In this document: positions 28,396 through 37,556 of the stretch, in pieces
Position numbering within the stretch: the first letter of the stretch is position 1
Layout: each line of letters starts with the position of its first letter
Assembly (NCBI GenBank): GCA_045863295.1
Contig: BTWA01000018.1
Span: 1 to 64,000, forward strand
DNA from: Candidatus Hydrogenedentota bacterium
GTDB taxonomy: Bacteria > Hydrogenedentota > Hydrogenedentia > Hydrogenedentales > SLHB01
Length of the DNA: 64,000 bases
Direction of reading: 5' to 3'
Translations under genes and position numbers: made by a program
Notes under the pieces: model-generated
The model's database searches: none
What the model saw: only the letters and a program-made list of their open reading frames with translations
What the model was told of the DNA's origin: nothing

Positions 28396-30834
28396 ATGGC
28401 GGAGCCTCGCGAATTCACATTTCATATGATTGGCCACGGCCACATCGATCCCACCTGGCTGTGGCGTTGGACAGAAGGATACGAGGAGGTGCGGGCCACG
28501 TTCCGGAGCGCGCTCGAACGCATGAAGGAGACCCCTGAATTCAAGTTTACAGCGAGCAGCGCCTGTTTCTACCAATGGGTGAAATCGTGCGATCCCAAAT
28601 TGTTTGATGAGATAAAGGCGCGGGTCAAGGAAGGTCGGTGGGAGCTTGCGGGCGGATGGTGGTTGGAGCCCGACTGCAATGTGCCTTGCGGTGAAGCCAT
28701 CGTACGACACGGACTGTATGGGCAAAAATTCTTTGAGCGGGAATTTGGACAGCGCGCGCGAGTCGGTTTCAATCCCGATAGTTTTGGACACTCGGGGACT
28801 TTTCCGCAGATATTGAAAAAGCTGGGATTGGAGTACTACGTGTTCATGCGCCCTCAGGCGGGAAAGGAAATGAACTTTCCCAAAGGCACCACATTTTGGT
28901 GGCAAGCCGCTGACGGATCCGCGGTTCTGACCTGCAACATCCTCGACACGTATCTCGGCGATACTGAAACCGTGGATCGCATGTTGAGTCACTGCGACAG
29001 CCCGTATCTCAATCCCGGGCAACGACTAATACTCGGCTTTTATGGCGTCGGCAATCACGGGGGTGGGCCCACCAAGGAATGCATTCGTTTGTTGCGCGAG
29101 GCCGACGGCGATTCAAGCATGCCGTCCTTCGTCTTTTCCACGTTGTATGACTACATGGAAGCGTTTCTCGCCACGACGCCGTTGGATGAGATTGCCGTGG
29201 TAGATACGGATCTCCAGCATCATGCACGCGGGTGCTACTCCGCCCACGCCGAGACGAAGCGAATGAATCGGCGGGCGGAGCACGCACTCATGACCGCCGA
29301 GCGTTTCGCTGCGCTGGCTTCGTTGCTACACAACCACCCGTATCCCAAGGCCGAATTGGAGCGGGCATGGAAGGACTTGCTGTACAACCAGTTTCACGAC
29401 ATACTCGCGGGAACGAGCTTGGAGTCTTCGTATGCCGATAGCCGGGATCAGGTTGGGGCTGCCCGGCACGCCGCGCACTTCATACTGAATGAGTCGATAC
29501 AAACCATTGCCCGGCATGTGGATACTACGCCCGAGGGCAACACGATTTTGGTTTTTAATCCGCTGCCATGGCCGGTCAGACAGGTAGTGACTGCATCACC
29601 AATTGCAGGCCGCACACTGACCGCGCCGGTGCACATTGCTGATGCGCAAGGAAGAGTTGTCGCGCATCAGGAGACGCAAGCGGAGTATGTAGGCGCGCAT
29701 GCATACAGTTTTCTTGCCGAAGTGCCGGCCCTCGGCTATACCTCGTACCATGTGCGTTCCGGCGCCAAGACGGTGAAGATCGGAAATGCAGTAGATGCGG
29801 AAATCATCTACATGGAAAATGCGTGGTGGCGCCTGGAGCTGGATCCATACGATGGCCACATCGCACGGCTGTTGGACAAGCGCAATAAGACCGAAGTGCT
29901 CAAGCGTGGAAACGTGTTGTCCGCGCTTGTCGATCATTCAGACACATGGAGCCACGACGTAGTGGAATACCGGTCGGAGGCTGGCCGATTCGGAGACGCG
30001 CGGATTTCCATCTTTGAGAATGGACCAGTGCGTACCACCTTGAGGGTTCAGTCGAAGTTTCGCAATTCCCTCGCGGATCAGTTTGTTACTCTGTATCGTG
30101 AATCGGAGACGATCGACATCGAATTGCGCGTTGATTGGCGCGAAGCTTTTACCATGTTGAAGGTTGCGTACGAGACCAATCTGGCCGATGCGAAAGTTAC
30201 CAGTGACACGGCATATGGGTATCAGGAAAGACAGGGGGGAAGGGGCGAGGAGCCTTGTCAGATGTGGACCGATCTTTCTGGTACAGTCCAAGGCAAACCG
30301 TATGGCTTTGCCGTTCTCAATGATTCGAATTATGGCTTCGACGTGCGAGACGGTATTCTTCGGTTATCGCTCTTGAGGAGCCCGGCATTTGCATATCACG
30401 ATCCAAGCCGCTACTTAGCCACGTCATCGCATGAGATCATGGATCAAGGAAAACATGTCTTTCGGCTTCAGCTAATGCCCCATGCAGGAGACTGGAGAAA
30501 AGGTGATGTAGTTCGCAAGGCATGGGAACTGAATGAGCCTTCTATTGTACATGTTGAATCGGCCCACAAAGGCAAACTGCATGCAAAGTCGTCCTTTCTT
30601 GAGCACAAGGCGGAAAACGTCGTTTTCTCAGTTCTCAAGATGACCGAGGATGGCGACGACTTTGTATTGAGAGGTTATGAGACTTCGGGCAAACCTGCAA
30701 ACGTTTCGCTGCGATTGGCTTCCTTTGCAAAGCCTATCGGGCTCACATTCGATCCGCATGAAATCAAGACTGTTTGCATTGAGCGGAAGAAGGGATTTGC
30801 AGAAACGGTTTCGATGTTGGAAGAGCAGGAGTGA
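28396..30834 (+). CDS. GH38 alpha-mannosidase
   Basis: GHGHIDPTWLW, PDSFGH, GNHGGGP, NQFHDILAGTS and LSLLRSP motifs. Confidence 0.9.
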   Translation: MAEPREFTFHMIGHGHIDPTWLWRWTEGYEEVRATFRSALERMKETPEFKFTASSACFYQWVKSCDPKLFDEIKARVKEGRWELAGGWWLEPDCNVPCGEAIVRHGLYGQKFFEREFGQRARVGFNPDSFGHSGTFPQILKKLGLEYYVFMRPQAGKEMNFPKGTTFWWQAADGSAVLTCNILDTYLGDTETVDRMLSHCDSPYLNPGQRLILGFYGVGNHGGGPTKECIRLLREADGDSSMPSFVFSTLYDYMEAFLATTPLDEIAVVDTDLQHHARGCYSAHAETKRMNRRAEHALMTAERFAALASLLHNHPYPKAELERAWKDLLYNQFHDILAGTSLESSYADSRDQVGAARHAAHFILNESIQTIARHVDTTPEGNTILVFNPLPWPVRQVVTASPIAGRTLTAPVHIADAQGRVVAHQETQAEYVGAHAYSFLAEVPALGYTSYHVRSGAKTVKIGNAVDAEIIYMENAWWRLELDPYDGHIARLLDKRNKTEVLKRGNVLSALVDHSDTWSHDVVEYRSEAGRFGDARISIFENGPVRTTLRVQSKFRNSLADQFVTLYRESETIDIELRVDWREAFTMLKVAYETNLADAKVTSDTAYGYQERQGGRGEEPCQMWTDLSGTVQGKPYGFAVLNDSNYGFDVRDGILRLSLLRSPAFAYHDPSRYLATSSHEIMDQGKHVFRLQLMPHAGDWRKGDVVRKAWELNEPSIVHVESAHKGKLHAKSSFLEHKAENVVFSVLKMTEDGDDFVLRGYETSGKPANVSLRLASFAKPIGLTFDPHEIKTVCIERKKGFAETVSMLEEQE

Positions 30835-30855
30835 CGAGGCGAAGAGGCGGTTCCC

Positions 30856-31950
30856 GTGGATGATATTCCCAAGCGGTGCTCAATACGGTCGGCCCTGGCA
30901 AATGCAGGAGTATCAATCGTTGCTACGATTGTGGGGCTGGCCGTTATCGAGGCGGGTCTTCGCTACAAGTTTGGCCCATTTGCCTATGTACCCCGGCCCG
31001 AAGTAGCCGCTGTGCAGGAACATCTTCAATTGCAGCCCCTTATTGGATATACGTGGAAGCCGGATATCAAAGCGGAGCAGGAAATCGTATTCCACATTGC
31101 GGACGCAGTGTTGCCGCCGCTTTCGACCGATTCGCTAGGATTCATCAATGCGCCGGAGGCCATCGCCGAGAGGAGGGAAGGTATACAAGTCGATGTGCTG
31201 GGGCTTGGCGACTCCTTTATGGAAGGTGCGAGCCACACATTTCACAAGCGATTGCGTGAGGCCGGCATGACCTATTACAGCTTTGCCATCCATCGCCAAT
31301 CGCCACCGCAATATACCGTGGCATTCCGGCAATGGGGGAGAAAGCTTGCTCCGCGCTACGTGGTCTACGGATTGTTTGAAAACGATTTCATGGAAACGCG
31401 TGATTTCTATGCATGGCGTCAGTCCGATTTAGATTGGTTTACCTACCATTCGGGTACGTGGTGCGGCCCGCCGGTGGAGGTATCGAGTTCGAAGCGTATC
31501 CTGACAAATATCGTGCCCGGAATGTATTTGGCGTTTGGGTCGCTTCGAAACAATTGGGCGCAAAACGGGTTGGCGTCCGCGGGGCCATCCGAAGCGGATA
31601 TGCATCGCGTAGCAGACGCTATCGAGACGGCTTATGCCGCTATCCACGATATAGAAACTCACATGATCCTGCTACTGATTCCCAGCAAGCAGTCGATTCT
31701 CAAAGTGCCTACGGCTGAATGGTTTGCGTACGACGAAGTAATTAAACGGTTGGAAGCGCCTAAAGTCACTGTACTGGATCTTCGCCCGGTTTTCCGCGAC
31801 GCACCCAATCCGGCTGGGCTGTTTTATGTGAAAGATGGACACTGGAACGAAGCAGGAATTGAATTGGCCGCGGACCATTTGTTGGAGACGATTCAGTTGT
31901 TGGAAACCGGCGCAAATACCGCGACAGCGGTAGTGAACGGAATTCGCTGA
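30856..31950 (+). CDS. SGNH/AlgX-like hydrolase or acetyltransferase, membrane-anchored
   Basis: LGDSF, END and DGHWN motifs; N-terminal TM. Confidence 0.7.
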   Translation: MDDIPKRCSIRSALANAGVSIVATIVGLAVIEAGLRYKFGPFAYVPRPEVAAVQEHLQLQPLIGYTWKPDIKAEQEIVFHIADAVLPPLSTDSLGFINAPEAIAERREGIQVDVLGLGDSFMEGASHTFHKRLREAGMTYYSFAIHRQSPPQYTVAFRQWGRKLAPRYVVYGLFENDFMETRDFYAWRQSDLDWFTYHSGTWCGPPVEVSSSKRILTNIVPGMYLAFGSLRNNWAQNGLASAGPSEADMHRVADAIETAYAAIHDIETHMILLLIPSKQSILKVPTAEWFAYDEVIKRLEAPKVTVLDLRPVFRDAPNPAGLFYVKDGHWNEAGIELAADHLLETIQLLETGANTATAVVNGIR

Positions 31951-32396
31951 TGAACCTTGAGAAGCTCGAGCAACGCTGCCTCGCTTATTTGAAGCAAGTC
32001 AGCCATCCTTTCGTATCGCTGGATCGGTTGGGCGAATATGTTCGACGATTGGAGGAATTCAACACAATCACCGACAATGAATTGCGGGAGTTTCTGAGCA
32101 AACACGAGTTGTTCGAAGTGTTCGATCCCGTGGGATTGGCGAGCGACCCGGAAACCTCGACGTTGTTGGCGGCGGAGGGAATACCCGTGGCTCCTGTTGT
32201 CGTGCTGTGCACGCGTGTACCTTCGGAGAGTCAACTGACCAATTACGTCGAGACCGTTTTGGAAACGCTGCAGAGTGCGATGAAAGAAGCCTGCAGAGAT
32301 GCGCAGGAACGCGGTCAATCTGATCGGGCTCGAAGGATTGTCGCTTTGATTGACCGCACCCAGGTATTGCGCGAAAAGCTGCGAAAGTTCCTTTGA
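31950..32396 (+). CDS. Hypothetical protein
   Basis: ATG overlaps the upstream TGA; helical, charged 148-aa product. Confidence 0.6.
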   Translation: MNLEKLEQRCLAYLKQVSHPFVSLDRLGEYVRRLEEFNTITDNELREFLSKHELFEVFDPVGLASDPETSTLLAAEGIPVAPVVVLCTRVPSESQLTNYVETVLETLQSAMKEACRDAQERGQSDRARRIVALIDRTQVLREKLRKFL

Positions 32397-32399
32397 TTG

Positions 32400-34409
32400 C
32401 TAATTGGCGGCCAGCAAATCCGTGCCCTCAAAGTCCGCCGGCACGGCAAGCCCCAAGTATTTAAGCGAAGTGACACCCAGATCCATGATGTTAGGCTTAT
32501 CCACAGCAATAGGCCGGTTGCAGAAGAAGATTCCCGGAGTGAAAGCAACGTCCGAACTTGCGTGTTCGCCGCTCCACTTGTCGTCGTTTGGTTCAAACAA
32601 GACTTTGGGAGCGGCGCCGTTTGCCGCCGATTTTGTGGACTGAAAACCCTCGGCGTACCCCAATTGGATATCCGGCGCTTCGGCCATCGCACCGCCGTGA
32701 TAATCCTTCCGGGTATACACGGATCGAAACACCTTTTCTCCCTTTTCCGGATGGGTTACTTCCAGCAATTTTCCACGGATTTCCTCAATGAGCGCATCTG
32801 CTTGGGCCGGATCCACAAGTCCCTTTCCTTCCCGGCCTTTGAGATTGAGGAAGATACTCCCAAGCCCTATGCTATACGCTTTACTTCGCGTCCAATCGAA
32901 GCCTTGCAAGTAATCCTCGTTGGTAAACCCTGATGCGGCATCAGTCTGCCCTTTGACTACCAGATACCCGTTTCGAATAAGCCATGTATTCACGTTAAAT
33001 CCGGTATGGAAGCTATGAAATCCGTGATCGGACATGATGAAAAGAAGATCGTTCTCCTTTAGTCGCTTCATGACTTCGCCCACGATTGAATCCATCTTTT
33101 GATAGGATTCCTCAACGGCTCGGCCGTATTTCGTTGCACCTTCTTCCGTATAGAGCGGATGACGCTTGTCGCGATAGCGCCAAAACATGTGGCTGACACG
33201 ATCAGGGGCGGTCCACGCCGCCACCATCATGTCAAATGCGTTGGTATCCAGTTCATCCAAAGTCAATTGTTCCTGCCACCCCGCGGAATTGCGCGTGTCC
33301 ATGAGAAACGCTTCATCCGACAACGCATCCTGGCGTAACGCATGAGTGTCGTAAGCCCAGCCGATTGTTTTGAATAGCCCATATCGCTTGCGCAGTTCGG
33401 TTCCGTAGCTGATGGGTGTCGTAAAGGGAATATACTGCTCGTCGGGATGAAACTGCAGACAACTCATGTAGACAGTGACATCTTCCGGCGCAACCTTCAG
33501 CGCATAGAACTGGCTCACTGCGCGTACTTTGTATACTGGACTGAGTTCAAAAGCCCATTCGACCCACTTCGACCATTGTCCCTCGGCAAGCTCGACGGAT
33601 TGCCCTTGCACTGTCAGCGTGACATTACCACCTGCCACATCAGCATTAATCATGAGCGGTACCTTGACAAATGCCTTCGCAGAATCGAATTCTTCACGCT
33701 TGTCGCGAGCCCCGGGAATTTCCACACTACCTGCCCCATCGGTGAGAGTCAAGCGTAGAGCCATCCCCCCGCTCTTTATCGACAATTCACGAGTGGAGAT
33801 TGCGAAGAACGTGCTCGTGGTTCCCCGTATATCAGGCACGCCCAACCCGCAAATCATATGCCCTTGCTCAAGGCTTTCAACCGGGTAGGCAAATGGCACC
33901 AACAGTATTTTGCTTCGCGCCCCTTGCTTATCGGCCACGGACCAGAACGATTCTCCGTGGCGGATAGAATTAAAAACAGGCGGAGTCAACAGCTTTCCAT
34001 CGGGAGACAGCGTGGCGTGTTCCGGCATGCCGAATCCCACACCGGGAAAATACGTTTTTGGATTCCGCCGAAGAAAATCGTACACGCCATGCTCCCCCGG
34101 ATTTTTGCAGGTAATGAATGACGACCATGCCGTGGGGGATTGCGGCGGATTTGCCGTTTCCAACGGTTTGAACGTGCCCTGCTCGCTCAACTTCTTGAGG
34201 TTTGGAAGTTCACCCGCGGCAAACATTGTCTCCACAAGCGTGGGCTCGACGCCGTCGAAACCGAGAATGACCACGCGTCCCTTGGAGGATGGTAGTTGCG
34301 CCTCGGCACGCAAGGTAGAAACGGACAAGACAACAAATACAGCCACCGGCAACAAAAAGAGGGCCTGGGGGAAACGCGCGCGAGACGAGAACGCAGTTAC
34401 GACGGTCAT
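32400..34409 (-). CDS. Alkaline phosphatase superfamily (type I phosphodiesterase/nucleotide pyrophosphatase-like) protein
   Basis: ILGFDG, PPQSPTAWSS, DRVSH, SDHGF and WSGEH motifs. Confidence 0.85.
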   Translation of the reverse strand: MTVVTAFSSRARFPQALFLLPVAVFVVLSVSTLRAEAQLPSSKGRVVILGFDGVEPTLVETMFAAGELPNLKKLSEQGTFKPLETANPPQSPTAWSSFITCKNPGEHGVYDFLRRNPKTYFPGVGFGMPEHATLSPDGKLLTPPVFNSIRHGESFWSVADKQGARSKILLVPFAYPVESLEQGHMICGLGVPDIRGTTSTFFAISTRELSIKSGGMALRLTLTDGAGSVEIPGARDKREEFDSAKAFVKVPLMINADVAGGNVTLTVQGQSVELAEGQWSKWVEWAFELSPVYKVRAVSQFYALKVAPEDVTVYMSCLQFHPDEQYIPFTTPISYGTELRKRYGLFKTIGWAYDTHALRQDALSDEAFLMDTRNSAGWQEQLTLDELDTNAFDMMVAAWTAPDRVSHMFWRYRDKRHPLYTEEGATKYGRAVEESYQKMDSIVGEVMKRLKENDLLFIMSDHGFHSFHTGFNVNTWLIRNGYLVVKGQTDAASGFTNEDYLQGFDWTRSKAYSIGLGSIFLNLKGREGKGLVDPAQADALIEEIRGKLLEVTHPEKGEKVFRSVYTRKDYHGGAMAEAPDIQLGYAEGFQSTKSAANGAAPKVLFEPNDDKWSGEHASSDVAFTPGIFFCNRPIAVDKPNIMDLGVTSLKYLGLAVPADFEGTDLLAAN

Positions 34410-34505
34410 GTGAAAAAAATCCTTGTGCCTGATTCCAACGCTAAGAGCGGAATATACCACGTGCGTCTAACCCCGTCCAAAAGTCGTAAGTTCCGGGAAT
34501 GTTCG

Positions 34506-37109
34506 CTACGCCGCGTGTATTTGCGTTCCAGGCAATAGCGCCACTTGTTCTGCCCGCAAATCAAGTGCAAAGCCCCGCTTTGGAATTGTGCGGATCAGCT
34601 TCTCGCGTCCAGGCACAACGCCGGTAATACGTTCCAGCAGTTTCTTCTTTTGAAAATGCATCTGCGCAGGCTCCACGACAATTTCACCCCAAAGCGCTAT
34701 ATAGATCGACTCATACGGAACACATTCGCCAGGAACTTCCGCCAGGCATCGCATCAGTCGAAACTGTTTCTCCTGCAATCGAACCACGCGGCCGTCCAGA
34801 TGAATTTCACCCGGTTTGCGATCGTCCAGCACCAGTACTGGCTGCATTGCCCGACTTGTTCGATGCATTGCTTTTGCCCCTTGACCACGCACCTCACCCT
34901 GTGCCCATGTTCGCAGTGCGCGTGCCGTACCCGCCGAAACCCATTTTGTCAGCAACGCGTCGGTTGCATCGGCCAATGCTTCCGGCATATGCAGCCCCAT
35001 TCGCTCAAAGGCTATGGCTGTGTGACGTGTCACGTCGGTTTGCCCCAGCGTCATTATCCGTGCCGCTTCCGAGTGCAGTCCGTATTGCACCCGTTCCGCA
35101 GTACGCCGGATTTCGTCTACAAAGCTCCGTTTGGCCGCCATGGCTTCGGCAATGGCCGCTGCGGCGTCCAGCAGCCAACTCACCTGATCGGCCGCCTCGC
35201 CAATCTGTCCCGCGAAGACATGGTACCGCTCCTCCAATTCGTATAGATCGGCTTCGCGAATCCACTCGTCCAGAATGAGCGCCGCCTTGACTGCCCGAAC
35301 TTCCTCGTAAAAAGGCTTCACGGTCGCATGCCGCAATCGATTCAGCGGTACATCGGCTTCGTCCTGCGTCTCTCTTGCGCGGCGCTTCAGTCGGTTAACG
35401 TAGTCCGATTGGTCGTACTCTTGTGCTGCGAGGGCCATTTGAATCAACTTGCCGTCCGCAGTCATCGCCGCCGCCAGGATCAAGTCGATGGGCAACCACT
35501 CACGCGTTTCCGACTCGCGCACCCAATATGCCAGTTCCCGTGCCGTATCAATCGATATTCCTTTGGACGCGACCGCATGCCCAAACGGCGTCGCCGACAG
35601 CCTTCCATCCGCATCAGACTGAACCAACCCCGCGTCCCGTACTCGATGCATTGCCGCGCGGATTCGGTTTTCAACCTCGTCCACCGTACAGGTCTCTGGC
35701 CAAATCCAGCTTCCGGACAATGTCGCGTCAAAAAATTGGGCCAAATCGGAATCCGTCCTGCATGTGCGCGAGGCGACCAATCGGAGCACATGATCCTCCA
35801 GTGGGTCCTGCGCCAGCCGCGGCGTGATTCGTTCGCGGTCGCCATCCACATATCGCCGCCAAAGGGTGGCCCGATCATAGGGAGAAGTGGCGATCACAAT
35901 CGATCGCCCAAAAGGAATTCCAGTGCCAAACCTGCCCGCCCGCCCGCCCATGTTTTCGTATTCCGCGCGCAAAATAGGCGTTTTCCACGGCATGCCAAAC
36001 CGGCTGTCAAACTGCCATTTGTCGGTGGTAATAAAAACGTTCTGTGCGGGAAGATTCAGGCCAACCGCAAGTGTGCTGGTTGCCACCAACGCTTTCACCT
36101 CGCCGGAGCGAAACGCATTCTCCACAATAACGCGTTCGTCCCGGGACAAGTCGGCATTATGAAATGCGACACCGTGCGCCAGGGTTTCCATCAACATATC
36201 CCTGGAATGCGTCGCTTCCAGCCGTTGCATTGCCACCAAGGCCTCGCTCGCGGGAGTACTCGACACCCGCTGCGCCAGCACATGCGCCCCGTTCCGCGTC
36301 TCCGCCTTGGCCTTCACAAACACGAGACACGGCTCTTCACGATCCACAAATGCGCTGACATTGTCCGCGAGGATTTCCCACATGGAATCCGAATGCGTAT
36401 GAATCAGCCGCTCTTCCGATTCCGAATACTCGTTGTGCGTCCGGTAAGAGAACACACCGTCATGCAGGACCCCGAATCGCAACTCAACCGGTCGTCGCTC
36501 ATACACCACCATTTCGGCATTCATCCAATGAGCCAGCTTGTCGGCGTGACCAATCACAGCCGACAAGCCGATCAATCGACGCTTCGATCGCAGGATACGT
36601 GTTAACAGCAGTTCGGCCTGCGCCCCGCGCTCGGGATCGGACAGCAACTCCAACTCATCCGCGACGACCAGTTCGATTTCCTCCAACCGTTCAGGCCGAC
36701 GCACCAACAACTGCCCCAGTTTCTCGTACACGACGACTGCAATCGAAAAGTCGCCCTGTTCCAATGCGCGGTCATGCTCCCGACGGTCACGCGTGGAAAT
36801 AATGACCTTCAGTCCATACGGCTCATACTTAGCACGAAAGCCCGCCCACTTCTCCTCGGCAAGGGCCTTCAACGGCACGAGGTACACGACCTTCTTCCGC
36901 TTCAGCGCGGTTTGAATCGCCGCCATCTCCCCCACGAAGGTCTTTCCGGAACTGGTGGGGGCCTGAATCAGCAGATTGCCACTGGTAAACAGGCAATGGC
37001 GCTTAATGGCGAGTTCTTGAAGTGGAAGGAGGGTTTCGCCCTCTTCCTCCTGCCAAAGGCGGATAATCTCCGGGGGAATGTCGTACCGCAACAATTCGGT
37101 TAATTTCAT
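34506..37109 (-). CDS. Ski2/Hel308-like SF2 helicase with C-terminal OmpR/PhoB-type winged-helix domain
   Basis: APTSSGKT, VPLKALAEEK, RPVEL, GVAFHNA, ATSTLAVGLNLPA and MGGRAGR; C-terminal ...LQEKQFRLM...LWG...IRTIPKRGF. Confidence 0.85.
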   Translation of the reverse strand: MKLTELLRYDIPPEIIRLWQEEEGETLLPLQELAIKRHCLFTSGNLLIQAPTSSGKTFVGEMAAIQTALKRKKVVYLVPLKALAEEKWAGFRAKYEPYGLKVIISTRDRREHDRALEQGDFSIAVVVYEKLGQLLVRRPERLEEIELVVADELELLSDPERGAQAELLLTRILRSKRRLIGLSAVIGHADKLAHWMNAEMVVYERRPVELRFGVLHDGVFSYRTHNEYSESEERLIHTHSDSMWEILADNVSAFVDREEPCLVFVKAKAETRNGAHVLAQRVSSTPASEALVAMQRLEATHSRDMLMETLAHGVAFHNADLSRDERVIVENAFRSGEVKALVATSTLAVGLNLPAQNVFITTDKWQFDSRFGMPWKTPILRAEYENMGGRAGRFGTGIPFGRSIVIATSPYDRATLWRRYVDGDRERITPRLAQDPLEDHVLRLVASRTCRTDSDLAQFFDATLSGSWIWPETCTVDEVENRIRAAMHRVRDAGLVQSDADGRLSATPFGHAVASKGISIDTARELAYWVRESETREWLPIDLILAAAMTADGKLIQMALAAQEYDQSDYVNRLKRRARETQDEADVPLNRLRHATVKPFYEEVRAVKAALILDEWIREADLYELEERYHVFAGQIGEAADQVSWLLDAAAAIAEAMAAKRSFVDEIRRTAERVQYGLHSEAARIMTLGQTDVTRHTAIAFERMGLHMPEALADATDALLTKWVSAGTARALRTWAQGEVRGQGAKAMHRTSRAMQPVLVLDDRKPGEIHLDGRVVRLQEKQFRLMRCLAEVPGECVPYESIYIALWGEIVVEPAQMHFQKKKLLERITGVVPGREKLIRTIPKRGFALDLRAEQVALLPGTQIHAA

Positions 37110-37135
37110 CGGGGGACCCTCCCTATTCAGGAGGG

Positions 37136-37164
37136 ATAATACTGAAAATTTATTTAGTTGTCAA
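37136..37164 (-). promoter_or_regulatory. Near-consensus sigma-70 promoter of the helicase gene
   Basis: Minus strand TTGACA-17 bp-TATTAT. Confidence 0.8.
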
Positions 37165-37183
37165 GCCCCCGTTCCACAATAGG

Positions 37184-37215
37184 AACCCATAGGACGCAAC
37201 CGCCCTATGGGTTTT
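37184..37215. terminator. Hairpin closing the kinase operon
   Basis: 10-bp stem AACCCATAGG/CCTATGGGTT; the T-run is clearer on the plus strand. Confidence 0.55.
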
Positions 37216-37240
37216 CAATGCAGCGCGTTCGAAGAGAATG

Positions 37241-37318
37241 TCAGGTGAAGAACCCGACGAAGAAATTGATAAACAATTGCATTGCAACCAGGATCAAGCC
37301 AAAAACGATGATAAACAT
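37241..37318 (-). CDS. Putative 25-aa hydrophobic peptide (MFIIVFGLILVAMQLFINFFVGFFT), not in the ORF track
   Basis: Translated by hand. GAGGGGAGAGGA lies about 6 nt before the ATG, 22 nt after the previous stop, and the ORF ends before the hairpin. Confidence 0.55.
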   Translation of the reverse strand: MFIIVFGLILVAMQLFINFFVGFFT

Positions 37319-37340
37319 GGAGTGTCCTCTCCCCTCGCTG

Positions 37341-37556
37341 TCACGGATTTTGTGGGTTGACGCCGAAAACCTGTGCCAGCGTATTCAGAAAATTAGTAGA
37401 CGCACTGAGAAATCCGACGACACCCGTTAACAAAAGAACTATCTGAGAGCCTTGACCAATGAATATGTTCGGTATCGCCAGAATCGTTTGGAAGATGCCC
37501 AACAACTGGGCAATCGGTTCGAACTGGGCCTTCGCGGGCAACGTGTATCGCTTCAT
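37341..37556 (-). CDS. 71-aa hydrophobic protein with a short basic leader (prepilin-like)
   Basis: ATG overlaps the barrel stop (ATGA); GGAGG RBS; sequence MKRYTLPAKA-QFEPIAQLLGIF... Confidence 0.7.
   Translation of the reverse strand: MKRYTLPAKAQFEPIAQLLGIFQTILAIPNIFIGQGSQIVLLLTGVVGFLSASTNFLNTLAQVFGVNPQNP

Noticed and set aside
34506..37109. Hachiman (HamAB) defence system
   Set aside because: No adjacent HamA-like gene and no defence-island context.
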